From the NCBI RefSeq assembly GCF_002243425.1, contig NZ_CP021172.1:1-32000 (forward strand): a stretch of DNA of 32,000 nucleotides, in the 5' to 3' direction. Below are positions 9,627 to 20,876 of this stretch, one piece after another; position 1 is the stretch's first letter; every line of letters begins with the position of its first letter. Both the position numbers and the translations under genes were made by a program. Under the pieces are notes generated by a model. That model did not search any database, was not told the DNA's origin, and saw only the letters and a program-made list of their open reading frames with translations. Source of the stretch: Candidatus Saccharimonadota bacterium. GTDB taxonomy: Bacteria > Bacteroidota > Bacteroidia > Flavobacteriales > Blattabacteriaceae.

Positions 9627-12030
9627 AAAAATGATTTCAATCAATATTGAAAATGAAATGAAATCTTCATATATAGATTATTCTATGTCTGTTATTGTTT
9701 CAAGAGCTTTACCTGATGTTAGAGATGGATTAAAACCTGTACATAGACGTGTTTTATATGGTATGTATGAACAAGGAGCGAATAGATATTATAAAAAATC
9801 TGCTCGTATTGTAGGTATAGTTTTAGGTAAATATCATCCTCATGGAGATAGTTCAGTATATGATGCTATAGTACGTATGGCACAAAGTTGGTCTTTACGT
9901 TATCTTTTAATAGATGGTCAAGGTAATTTTGGATCTATAGATAATGATCCTCCTGCTGCTATGAGATATACTGAAATTAAGCTTAAAAAAATATCTGAAG
10001 ATATGTTAATGGATCTTGAAAAAGAAACAGTAGATATGAAACTTAATTTCGATGATTCTTGTAAAGAACCTATAGTTCTTCCAACATGTATACCTAACTT
10101 ATTAATTAATGGATCTTCAGGTATAGCTGTTGGAATGGCAACTAATATGCCTCCTCATAATATTGTTGAATCTATAGAAGCAATTTGTTCTTATATAGAT
10201 AATAAAAATCTTACTATAGAAGAACTTATGAAGTATATAAAAGCTCCTGATTTTCCTACAGGTGGAATAATATATGGATATGAAGGTGTAAAAGAAGCTT
10301 TTTTAACAGGACGAGGAAAAATTTTATTGAGATCTAAAGTTCATTTTGAAAAAATAAAATTTCGTACTTGTATTATTATTGATGAAATTCCTTATCAAAT
10401 TAAGAAAGCAGAATTTATAAATAAAACATTAGAATTAGTTAAAGAAGGAAGATTAGAAGGACTTTCTAGTATTAGAGATGAATCTGATAGAAATGGTATG
10501 AGAATTGTTTTTTTTCTTAAAAAGAATGTTAATAAACAATTATTATTAAATAATCTTTATAAAGAGACTTATTTAGAAACTTCATTTAGTGTTAATAATA
10601 TTGCATTAGTTAATGGTAAACCAACTAAACTTAATTTAAAATATTTAATAAAACATTTTGTAAATCATAGACATAATGTCATTATTCGAAGAACAAAATA
10701 TGATTTAAATAAAGCTAAATATAGAGCTCATATAATAGAAGGTTTTTTTATAGTTTTAGAACACTTAGAAAGTGTAATTGAATTAATAAAATCTTCTAAA
10801 GATAGAGAAGATGCAAAAATAAAATTATTAAATAAATATAAATTATCAGAAATACAAGTTCAATCAATTTTAGAATTAAAATTCAATTCTCTTACTAAAT
10901 TGGAAAGTGAAAAAATAAAAGAAGAGTTTATAAAACTAAATAAAAAAATTTCTTCTTATAAAAGAATATTATATGATAAATTTTTACAAAAAAAAATAAT
11001 AAAAAAAGAATTAAAAATAATTAAAGAAAAATATGGAGATTCAAGACGAACAGAAATAGATTATTTAGGATTGGAAACTTCTTTAGAAGAACCTAATAAA
11101 CAAGTTGTACTTACAACATCAGTTGCTGGATATATGAAAAGAACTGATTTAAATGAATATAAAATTCAAAAGATAGGAGTAATTGTAAATATGGGAACTT
11201 ATAAACGTGAAAAAGATTTTTTAGAACATATTCTAGTTGCAAATACTCATCAATATATGCTTTTTTTTACTGAAAAAGGGAAATGTTTTTGGTTAAGAGT
11301 ATTTGAAATTCCAGAAGTATATAAAAGCTCAAAAGGGAGAGCTATACAAAATCTTATTAAGATAGATAAAAAAGATAAAATCTGTTCTTCAATATTAATT
11401 AAAGATTTTTTTAATAAAAATTACATAAATAATAATTATGTAATAATGATTACAAAATCTGGTATAATAAAAAAAACAACACTTGAACAATATTCAAAAC
11501 CCAACAAAAATGGAATTAATGCAATTAAAATTAAAAAAGGAGATGCTCTTATTGAGGCTAAACTAACTAATGGAAAAAGTGAAATATTAATTGCAGTCAA
11601 AAGTGGAAAAGCGATAAGATTTTCTGAATCCACAGTACGTACAATTACAAGGATAGGGGTTTTATCAAAGTTAAATTATCAAGTTATAGGAATGATTTGT
11701 ATTAATGATCCTAAAAAAGAATATATATTAGTAATTTCTGAAAACGGGTTTGTAAAAATATCAAATTTATCACATTATCGTAAAACTGACCAAGGTATTA
11801 AAACTATTAATATTACTTCCAAAACTGGATGTTTAGTTGCTATTAAAAATGTTGTTAATAAAGATGATATAATGATAATTAATCAATCTGGTTTAACTCT
11901 TCGTATTCCCGTATCAGAAATAATAGTAAGAGCAACTAAAGGAATCAAATTAATAAACTTAAAATCTAAAATAGCATCTGTAGCAAAAGTAGACTATGAT
12001 AGTATTTTAAATAATGCGAAAGGGATTTAA
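9613..12030 (+). CDS. gyrA: DNA gyrase subunit A
   Basis: 805-aa ORF with [45 protein letters not shown] and the catalytic-Tyr region [10 protein letters not shown]. An alternative start lies at 9631. The ORF overlaps the aroB 3' end. Confidence 0.95.
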   Translation: MIENEKMISINIENEMKSSYIDYSMSVIVSRALPDVRDGLKPVHRRVLYGMYEQGANRYYKKSARIVGIVLGKYHPHGDSSVYDAIVRMAQSWSLRYLLIDGQGNFGSIDNDPPAAMRYTEIKLKKISEDMLMDLEKETVDMKLNFDDSCKEPIVLPTCIPNLLINGSSGIAVGMATNMPPHNIVESIEAICSYIDNKNLTIEELMKYIKAPDFPTGGIIYGYEGVKEAFLTGRGKILLRSKVHFEKIKFRTCIIIDEIPYQIKKAEFINKTLELVKEGRLEGLSSIRDESDRNGMRIVFFLKKNVNKQLLLNNLYKETYLETSFSVNNIALVNGKPTKLNLKYLIKHFVNHRHNVIIRRTKYDLNKAKYRAHIIEGFFIVLEHLESVIELIKSSKDREDAKIKLLNKYKLSEIQVQSILELKFNSLTKLESEKIKEEFIKLNKKISSYKRILYDKFLQKKIIKKELKIIKEKYGDSRRTEIDYLGLETSLEEPNKQVVLTTSVAGYMKRTDLNEYKIQKIGVIVNMGTYKREKDFLEHILVANTHQYMLFFTEKGKCFWLRVFEIPEVYKSSKGRAIQNLIKIDKKDKICSSILIKDFFNKNYINNNYVIMITKSGIIKKTTLEQYSKPNKNGINAIKIKKGDALIEAKLTNGKSEILIAVKSGKAIRFSESTVRTITRIGVLSKLNYQVIGMICINDPKKEYILVISENGFVKISNLSHYRKTDQGIKTINITSKTGCLVAIKNVVNKDDIMIINQSGLTLRIPVSEIIVRATKGIKLINLKSKIASVAKVDYDSILNNAKGI

Positions 12031-12031
12031 A

Positions 12032-12279
12032 GAGATTATACCTACAGCAAAAGAAGGTAATCTATTTAATTGATAGAAAAAATATATTAGAATGATTTTG
12101 TGGATCAGGAAATCTAAGTTATGAATTTGCGGGAGCTAAATCTATTTTATGTGTAGATTTTAATCAAAAATATTCATGTAATGAAATATGATGTTTTTTC
12201 TTTTTTAAGAAAAAAGACAATTATATCATATGATTTAATTTATCCTCCAATAACATCCGACAATATAATTTTTTTATAA
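12032..12279 (+). pseudogene. rsmD: Remnant of 16S rRNA (guanine966-N2)-methyltransferase RsmD
   Basis: Three short fragments lie in different frames. They read IIPTAKEGNLFN**, then FCGSGNLSYEFAGAKSILCVDFNQKYSCNEI* (the SAM-binding GxGxxG region), then YDVFSFLRKKDNYIIYDLIYPPITSDNIIFL* (the degraded DPPY motif region). There is no start codon, and the remnant is about 250 bp against about 550 bp expected. Confidence 0.7.
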
Positions 12280-12372
12280 AAATGATATTAAAAAGGATAA
12301 AAAAAAAAGTAAATCTTTTAGAACTATAAAATATGGGTTTTTTTCTAGTTTAGAATTAATTAATTATATTAA

Positions 12373-14133
12373 ATGAATATAATTTTCAATAAAAAAAATA
12401 TGTCTGTAGAAGAGAAAAATGAATCTCTTATATTAAAAGATATAATTCATATAAATAAAAATGTTAAATTATCAGATTTTGATTGGAGTTCTTATGAACT
12501 TGGTTTAAGTAAAGAAGAACAAGAAGAGAGAAAACAAATTGAAAAGTTGTATTCTGATACTATTTCAAGTATACATGAATTTTATATATATAATGGTAAA
12601 ATTATTAAAATAATTGATAGAAATGTTGTAATAGATTTTGGATTTAAAGCTGAAGGAGTAATATCATTAAATGAATTTCGTGATGAAAAAAAACTACCTA
12701 AAGTAAATGATATAATTGAAGTAATTGTCGAGAAACTTGATTATAAAGGACGATGTATTATATCTTATAATAAAGCAAAAAAATTAAAATCCTGGGAAAT
12801 AATACAAGAAAAATTTATTAAAAATGAAATAATAATATTTTTTGTTGCAGCTCGTACAAAAGGAGGCTTAATAGTAGTTTTATTTGGAATTGAATGTTTT
12901 TTACCAGGATCACAAATCTATATAAAACCTGTAAAAGATTTTGATTTTTATGTAGGTAAAACAATGGAAGGAAAAATAGTAAAAATAAATAATAAAAAAA
13001 AAAATGTTGTTGTTTCACATAAAATTTTAATAGAAAAATATATTGAAAAAAAAAAACAAAAATTAATTTCTAAATTAGAAAAAGGTCAAGTTTTAAGAGG
13101 TATAGTAAAAAATATAACCCATTACGGAAGTTTTATAGATATAGGTGGTGGAATAGATGGATTATGTCACATTACAGATATAAGTTGGGAAAGAATAGAG
13201 CATCCTTCAGAAAAATTAGAAATTGGTCAAACCATTAATTTTGTTATTTTATCAATTGATAAAATAAAAAATAGAGTTCAATTAGGTTTAAAACAGTTAC
13301 AGTCTAATCCTTGGAATTCTTTAGAAGAAGAAATAAAAAAAGGTAAAGTAGTTATAGGTACAGTAACTGTTGTAACAGATTATGGAGCTTTTGTTGAAAT
13401 TTTTCCAGGTGTAGAAGGATTAGTACATGTCTCTGAAATGTCTTGGTCTAAAAAATTAAGATCTTCATTTGTAAAAATTGGAGATAAAATTAAAGTTTTA
13501 ATATTAAATTACGATATTTCAGATCAAAAAATGTCTTTAAGTCTGAAAAGACTTACACCTAATCCATTTGAAAATATAGAAAAAAAATATAAAATAGGCT
13601 CAATTCATATTGTAACTGTTAAAAGCTTTACTAATTTTGGGGTTCGTTTAGAATCAAAATCAGAATCAAAATCAGAATCAAAATCAGAATTAGAATCAGA
13701 ATTAGAAGAATTAGAATATTTATTATACAATGATGAGATTTCATGGATTAAAAATCTAAATCATTCTATAAATATATATAAAAAAGGAGATTTAGTTAAA
13801 CTAATTGTGTTAGGTTTAGACCTAGGTAAAATTACTTTAGGTAGTAAACAACTAATAAAAACTTTTTGGTATGAAAATATTATAGGTAGTATCCATACTG
13901 GAAAAATTATAAAATTTTTTTATAAAGGAGCTATAATTAAATTTAAAAATATAAAAATTTTTGCGCCTATTTTTTGTTTAAAACATGGTGTAAAACTTAA
14001 AAAAAATACTAAATTTAAAATTATATATTTTAATTTTAAAATTAAAACATTTTATGTTTCTCATACAGAAAATTTTATAAAAAAATATAAATTAAAAGTA
14101 GAAGAAAAAAAAAACCTTATGTTTCCTATCTAA
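12373..14133 (+). CDS. rpsA: 30S ribosomal protein S1
   Basis: 586-aa ORF with repeated S1 domains, for example AARTKGGLIVVLFGIECFLPGSQI, HYGSFIDIGGGIDGLCHITDISWE and DYGAFVEIFPGVEGLVHVSEMSW. The last domains are degenerate. Confidence 0.9.
   Translation: MNIIFNKKNMSVEEKNESLILKDIIHINKNVKLSDFDWSSYELGLSKEEQEERKQIEKLYSDTISSIHEFYIYNGKIIKIIDRNVVIDFGFKAEGVISLNEFRDEKKLPKVNDIIEVIVEKLDYKGRCIISYNKAKKLKSWEIIQEKFIKNEIIIFFVAARTKGGLIVVLFGIECFLPGSQIYIKPVKDFDFYVGKTMEGKIVKINNKKKNVVVSHKILIEKYIEKKKQKLISKLEKGQVLRGIVKNITHYGSFIDIGGGIDGLCHITDISWERIEHPSEKLEIGQTINFVILSIDKIKNRVQLGLKQLQSNPWNSLEEEIKKGKVVIGTVTVVTDYGAFVEIFPGVEGLVHVSEMSWSKKLRSSFVKIGDKIKVLILNYDISDQKMSLSLKRLTPNPFENIEKKYKIGSIHIVTVKSFTNFGVRLESKSESKSESKSELESELEELEYLLYNDEISWIKNLNHSINIYKKGDLVKLIVLGLDLGKITLGSKQLIKTFWYENIIGSIHTGKIIKFFYKGAIIKFKNIKIFAPIFCLKHGVKLKKNTKFKIIYFNFKIKTFYVSHTENFIKKYKLKVEEKKNLMFPI
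13651..13716. repeat. In-frame 12-bp tandem repeat inside rpsA
   Basis: gaatcaaaatca occurs three times exactly, followed by the diverged units gaattagaatca, gaattagaagaa and ttagaa. The translation is ESKS ESKS ESKS ELES ELEE LE. Confidence 0.9.
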
Positions 14134-14676
14134 GAAAGTTCTTACAAATTCTTTGGTGGATTACAAGTTGCTACTAAACTTAGATTTTATCAAATTGTTT
14201 TGATAGATAAAAATAATTATCATACATTTCTTTTGTATCAAGTAGCTACTGATTCAATAGCAAAATCTATAAGATTTCTTATAAGAAAAAATTTTTTGTT
14301 TCGTTTAGCTAAAGTATATTCAAATATTGGAGAAGCTCTAAATTTAATTTAAGATACGGTATCTTACATAGTATTGAATATGCTTTAGAAAAAGGCAGCA
14401 AAAGGTATTTAAATATATAGCAAATAATAGAAGTAGATAAATATCATAAAGTGCAAGGAATTGATTTGCAATAGTAGGGCAGTTATAAAAGAAGATAATA
14501 AATGATGAGCTCTACCTGCTATTCAACAAGGAATTAATTTAGCTTTTAATAGATTGTTTTTACAAATTGAAAAATAAAGGTTATATGGCAATTATAGGTA
14601 GTTGTGATTTATCTTATTTTATCTCTGGATGATTATTCATTTAATGAAAATTAAAGTATTTAGAAATCATGGATAA
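14134..14676 (+). pseudogene. ndh: Remnant of type II NADH dehydrogenase (NDH-2)
   Basis: The fragments are collinear with NDH-2. They read ESSYKFFGGLQVATKLRFYQIVLIDKNNYHTFLLYQVATDSIAKSIRFLIRKNFLFRLAKV (a damaged GGGFAG Rossmann motif and LIDKNNYHxFQPLLYQVAT), ALPAIQQGINLAFN, GYMAIIGSCDL and WMIIHLMKIKVFRNHG. They are separated by stops and frameshifts. There is no start codon, and the remnant is about 540 bp against about 1.3 kb expected. Confidence 0.8.
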
Positions 14677-14713
14677 TCAAAGTATACGTCCATATATTAA
14701 TTATAATAACATT

Positions 14714-15877
14714 TTAACTCAATATCATTAATAGAAATTCTTTATTATTTTTTGTTTTATTTAAACGAAATATTATATATTCAATAGCCTCTACAGTAGT
14801 CATCTCAGAAAGACGTTTTCTGAGAAAACAAATTGTTTTTAATGTGTTATCATTTAATAATAATTCCTCTTTTCTTGTGCTAGAAGCAACTAAGTCTATA
14901 GCTGGATATATTCTTTTATTCGCAATTTTTCTATCTAATTGTAGTTCCATATTACCTGTACCTTTAAATTCTTCAAATATTACTTCATCCATTTTTGATC
15001 CAGTTTCTATAATTGCTGTAGCAATTATAGAAAGAGACCCACCATATTCAATATTTCTAGCAGCCCCAAAAAATCTTTTAGGTTTATGTAATGCATTTGA
15101 ATCAACTCCTCCTGATAAAACTTTTCCAGATGTAGGAGAAACAGTATTATATGCTCTAGCTAAACGTGTTATAGAATCTAGTAAAATAACTACATCATGC
15201 CCACATTCAACCATTCTTTTTGCTTTTTGTAAAACAATATTAGCAACTTTTACATGTTTTTCTGCTGGTTCATCAAAAGTTGAAGATACTACTTCCCCAT
15301 TTACGTTTCTTTGCATATCTGTAACTTCTTCTGGTCTTTCATCTATTAAAAGAATTATTAAATATACTTCTGGATGATTATAAGATATTGTATTTGCTAT
15401 TTCTTTTAATAAAGTTGTTTTTCCAGTTTTAGGAGGTGCTACTATAATTCCTCTTTGTCCTTTTCCTATAGGAGAAAATAAATCTACAATTCTTGTAGAA
15501 AGAGTTACTTTTTTTTCTGAAATTTTGAATTTTTCATTAGGAAATAATGGAGTTAAATGTTCAAAAGACTTTCTAAAAATTATAGAAGAAGGAAAACGTC
15601 CATTTATTTGGAATATTTTTATTAAAGTAAAATATTTTTCTCCGTTTTTAGGAGTACGAATTTCTCCTCTTATAGTATCACCAGTTTTCATTCCAAAAAG
15701 TCTTATTTGAGATTGTGATACGTAAACATCATCATCTGATGATAAATAATTATAATAATAAAATCTTAAGAATCCATAATGTTCAGGCATTATTTCTAAT
15801 ACTCCTTCACTAATTACTAGTCCTTCAAATTTATATTCACTTATATTTTTATATCTTAGGTTATTCATTTCAAACAT
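14714..15877 (-). CDS. rho: Transcription termination factor Rho (short N-terminus)
   Basis: 387-aa ORF with [26 protein letters not shown], Walker [38 protein letters not shown] and [23 protein letters not shown]. Confidence 0.95.
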   Translation of the reverse strand: MFEMNNLRYKNISEYKFEGLVISEGVLEIMPEHYGFLRFYYYNYLSSDDDVYVSQSQIRLFGMKTGDTIRGEIRTPKNGEKYFTLIKIFQINGRFPSSIIFRKSFEHLTPLFPNEKFKISEKKVTLSTRIVDLFSPIGKGQRGIIVAPPKTGKTTLLKEIANTISYNHPEVYLIILLIDERPEEVTDMQRNVNGEVVSSTFDEPAEKHVKVANIVLQKAKRMVECGHDVVILLDSITRLARAYNTVSPTSGKVLSGGVDSNALHKPKRFFGAARNIEYGGSLSIIATAIIETGSKMDEVIFEEFKGTGNMELQLDRKIANKRIYPAIDLVASSTRKEELLLNDNTLKTICFLRKRLSEMTTVEAIEYIIFRLNKTKNNKEFLLMILS

Positions 15878-15938
15878 AAAATAATTTATTAAATATTTTT
15901 GTTTGTATTTAAAAAGATAATATTAATTTCAATTAAAA

Positions 15939-17009
15939 ATGATTATTGATAAATTTTTATTAAAAAAAATAGAAGTTTTAAAAAAAAGATTTTCTGAACT
16001 ATCGTTTTTAATTAGAAAACCTGAAATGAGACATGATAAATCTGTTAAACTTTCTAAGGAATATAAAATTATTTATAAAATAATTAACTATTATAATAGT
16101 TATAAAGAAAAAAAAAAATATTTAAAAGAAATAGAATCTTTAATTAAATTAGATTCCGAATTATTAGAATTTGCAATTTTTGAAACAAAAAAAAATCTAT
16201 TAGAATTAGAATTTCTTCTAAATAAGATAGAATATCTCTTAAAGAAGAATAATAATACGAATCATAATAATGTTCTTATGGAATTAAGGGCAGGAACAGG
16301 AGGAGATGAAGCATGTATTTTTGTAGAAAATATATTTCGAATGTATACTATGTATTTTAAAGAATTATGTTGGAAATATGAAATCTTAAATATGCAGCAA
16401 GGTACAATAAAAGGTTATAAAGAAATAATTATAGAAATACAAGGAAAAAATGTATATGGAACATTAAAATTCGAATCAGGTGTACATAGGGTACAAAGAG
16501 TTCCCTATACTGAATCACAAGGTAGATTACATACATCTGCAATAACAGTAGCAATTCTTCCAGAAGAAGATTATAACAATAATATTAATATAGTTTTATC
16601 AGATCTAAAAAGAGAGACTTTTAGAGCTAGTGGAGCAGGAGGTCAACATGTTAATAAAACAGAATCTGCAATACGTTTAACTCATATCCCTACTGGTATA
16701 ATAGCAGAATGTCAAGAAGAACGTTCACAACATAAGAATTATGAAAAAGCAATAAAAGTTTTACGTGCTAGAATTTATCAATCAGAATTGAAAATAAAAA
16801 ATGAAAAACTTTCTAAAGAGAGAAAATCTCTTATATCTACAGGTGATAGGTCTGCAAAAATAAGAACATATAATTATCCCCAATGTAGAGTAACAGATCA
16901 TCGTATTAATAAATCAATTTATTATTTAGATAAATTCATGAATGGAAAAATAAATGAAATGATAACAGCTCTTAAAATTCTTGAAAAAGAAAATAATTAT
17001 GTTACATAA
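15939..17009 (+). CDS. prfA: Peptide chain release factor 1
   Basis: 356-aa ORF with [25 protein letters not shown] (the GGQ motif) and [19 protein letters not shown], which is the RF1 PxT motif position reading PYT here. Confidence 0.95.
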   Translation: MIIDKFLLKKIEVLKKRFSELSFLIRKPEMRHDKSVKLSKEYKIIYKIINYYNSYKEKKKYLKEIESLIKLDSELLEFAIFETKKNLLELEFLLNKIEYLLKKNNNTNHNNVLMELRAGTGGDEACIFVENIFRMYTMYFKELCWKYEILNMQQGTIKGYKEIIIEIQGKNVYGTLKFESGVHRVQRVPYTESQGRLHTSAITVAILPEEDYNNNINIVLSDLKRETFRASGAGGQHVNKTESAIRLTHIPTGIIAECQEERSQHKNYEKAIKVLRARIYQSELKIKNEKLSKERKSLISTGDRSAKIRTYNYPQCRVTDHRINKSIYYLDKFMNGKINEMITALKILEKENNYVT

Positions 17010-17102
17010 ATTTATAGGTTTTCTCTTCTTTTTAAGAATATCTGGTGTTTTTATTATTCCATATTGGATAATACAATTATTTAATAAATTATTTAAAAAT
17101 AT

Positions 17103-17531
17103 ATGAAAAAAATAGCTATAATAAATGGCCCAAATTTAAACCTTTTAGGTAAAAGAGAACCAGAAATATATGGTAAAACCAAATTTGAAGAATTTATTTT
17201 TAAATTTAAAAAAAAAATAAATAATCTTGCTAAGATTTTTTTTTATCAAAGTAATCATGAAGGTGAAATTATTGATATATTACATAATATAGGTTTTGAA
17301 TACCATGGCATTATAATTAATCCAGGTGCATATACTCATACTTCTATAGCTATAGCAGATGCTATAAAATCTATATCCACTCCTGTAATTGAAGTTCATA
17401 TTACAAATATTTTTTCTAGAGAAAAAATTAGAAATAAATCATTTATTACAGAAGTCTGCAAAGGCAGTATATTTGGATTTGGATTAAATTCTTATAAATT
17501 AGGAATTTTTAGTTTTATTAAAAAATTATAA
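17103..17531 (+). CDS. aroQ: 3-dehydroquinate dehydratase, type II
   Basis: 142-aa ORF with INGPNLNLLGKREPEIYG, SNHEGEIID, IIINPGAYTHTSIAIADA and EVHITNI. Confidence 0.95.
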   Translation: MKKIAIINGPNLNLLGKREPEIYGKTKFEEFIFKFKKKINNLAKIFFYQSNHEGEIIDILHNIGFEYHGIIINPGAYTHTSIAIADAIKSISTPVIEVHITNIFSREKIRNKSFITEVCKGSIFGFGLNSYKLGIFSFIKKL

Positions 17532-18776
17532 ATTTTCATATATTTTTTTATATAAAATAGATATATTATGACCTCCGAACCCAAATGTATTAGATATGCT
17601 AATTAAAACATTTTTTTTTTGTGCTTTATTTAAAGTTAAATTAACTTTAATATCTATTCTATAATCAGAATTATTATGGTTAATAGTAGGTGGAATTATA
17701 TTATAATTCATAGTTAAAATAGATGCTATTGATTCTATAACACCTGACGCTCCAAGTAAATGACCTGTCATAGATTTAGTAGAACTAATATTAATATTAT
17801 ATATTTTTTCTCCAAAAACTTTTTTTATAGCTTTAATTTCAGTAATATCTCCTCTTATAGTAGAAGTCCCATGTGTATTAATATAATCTATTTTAGATTT
17901 ACTAATTTTAGCACTTTTTATTGCTAAATTCATAGCTTGAATTATTCCCAATCCATTTGGATCTGGTGATGTTATATGGTATGCATCTGAAGACATCCCA
18001 ACCCCACCTATTTCAGCATAGATTTTAGTTCCTCTAGAGACTGCATGATTATATTCTTCAAGAATAAGACATCCAGATCCTTCTCCTAAAACAAATCCAT
18101 CTCTATCTCTTTCAAATGGCCTAGAAGCAGTTTTATAATTAAAATTTTTTGTAGATAAAGCATTTAATGCATTAAAACCACCGATTACAGTTTGTGTTAT
18201 AGCTGCCTCTGATCCTCCAGTAATTATAATATCTGCTTTATCTAAACATATTAAATAATATGCATCAATTATAGCATTAGCTGATGAAGCACAAGAAGAA
18301 ACTGTGGAATAATTAGGACCCAATATTCCATATTTAATAGATATTAAGCCTCCAATAGTATCTATTAAAATTTTAGGTATAAAAAAAGTATTAAAACGTG
18401 TTTTATTAATTACATAATTAAATACTTCATTTTCAAAATTTGATATTCCTCCAAGTCCAGATCCCCAAACAACTCCAATTCTATCTTTTTTTTCTTTTTT
18501 TAAAATTAATCCACTATCAAATATAGCTTCTTCACATGCTATTAATCCATATTGAGCACAAGGATTTAATTTTTTTTTTTCTTTTATAGAAAAAAAATTA
18601 TCAGGATCATAATTTTTAATTTGACATGCAAATTTTGTTTTAAAATACTCAGTATTAAAATAACTAATAGGAGTAGATCCACTTATTCCATTTATTAATG
18701 AATACCAATATTCTTTAATATTATTTCCAATAGGAGTAATTGCCCCCATTCCAGTTATAACAACTTTTTTATTCAA
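17526..18776 (-). CDS. fabF: 3-oxoacyl-[ACP] synthase II
   Basis: 416-aa ORF with the active-site Cys region VSSCASSANAI, NTHGTSTIRGD, KSMTGHLLGASG and NTFGFGGHN. Confidence 0.95.
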   Translation of the reverse strand: MNKKVVITGMGAITPIGNNIKEYWYSLINGISGSTPISYFNTEYFKTKFACQIKNYDPDNFFSIKEKKKLNPCAQYGLIACEEAIFDSGLILKKEKKDRIGVVWGSGLGGISNFENEVFNYVINKTRFNTFFIPKILIDTIGGLISIKYGILGPNYSTVSSCASSANAIIDAYYLICLDKADIIITGGSEAAITQTVIGGFNALNALSTKNFNYKTASRPFERDRDGFVLGEGSGCLILEEYNHAVSRGTKIYAEIGGVGMSSDAYHITSPDPNGLGIIQAMNLAIKSAKISKSKIDYINTHGTSTIRGDITEIKAIKKVFGEKIYNINISSTKSMTGHLLGASGVIESIASILTMNYNIIPPTINHNNSDYRIDIKVNLTLNKAQKKNVLISISNTFGFGGHNISILYKKIYENL

Positions 18777-18777
18777 A

Positions 18778-19029
18778 TTAATATGATTTTTTATAATCGA
18801 GATATTTTTTTATATATTTATTTGCATCATCGACAGTAATTAATTTTTCAGCTATATCATCAGATATAATGATATCAAATTCTTTTTCAAATTCCATAAT
18901 TAGTTCTATTGAATCTAATGAATCAGCCCCCAAATCATTTATAAAACTAGCTTCAGGAATAACTTTTTTTTCATCTACCCCTAATTTTTCGATTATAATA
19001 GATTTGATTTTTGATAAAATTTCATTCAT
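18778..19029 (-). CDS. acpP: Acyl carrier protein
   Basis: 83-aa ORF with the phosphopantetheine attachment motif [16 protein letters not shown]. It lies directly upstream of fabF. Confidence 0.95.
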   Translation of the reverse strand: MNEILSKIKSIIIEKLGVDEKKVIPEASFINDLGADSLDSIELIMEFEKEFDIIISDDIAEKLITVDDANKYIKKYLDYKKSY

Positions 19030-19050
19030 AAATTATATTTTTAATAAAAA

Positions 19051-19340
19051 CTATATTATTATATTTAATATATTTTTTTGAAAATTTAAAAAACCATAAT
19101 TAATTTTTAATTTTATAATTGTTGTATTATCATTATATGATATATTTATCTCATTATTATGATATATTTTCTTTTTAATAAAAAAACTACTATAAATTTT
19201 AATTATTCCAGATGATATCATTGATATAATTGAACAATGATTATTTAAAATTTCAAATTGACCTTTTTCAGAAGGTAAAAAAACGGCGTATCCTTCTATA
19301 TCAAAGAGAGTTTTTTCTTTTTTTAAAATTAATATTTTCA

Positions 19341-19341
<1 letters not shown>
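19051..19341 (-). CDS. atpC: F0F1 ATP synthase epsilon subunit
   Basis: 96-aa ORF directly after atpD, with a TAATG stop/start overlap. The pattern LPSEKGQFEILNNHCSIIS matches the epsilon beta-sandwich (PgxxGxFxiLxnHxP). Confidence 0.75.
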
Positions 19342-20849
<1,508 letters not shown>

Positions 20850-20876
20850 TTATTAATATTATAAAAAAAAATATAT

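Noticed and set aside
14844-15377. 177-aa plus-strand ORF in the track
   Set aside because: It lies entirely antisense to the strongly conserved ATPase core of rho and has no recognisable motifs of its own. Long shadow ORFs opposite highly conserved genes are expected.
15894-15901. tatttttg matching the Bacteroidota -7 promoter consensus TAnnTTTG, 38 nt upstream of prfA in the rho/prfA divergent spacer
   Set aside because: A motif this short and AT-rich occurs by chance many times at this base composition. I found no consistent matches upstream of the other operons that I checked.
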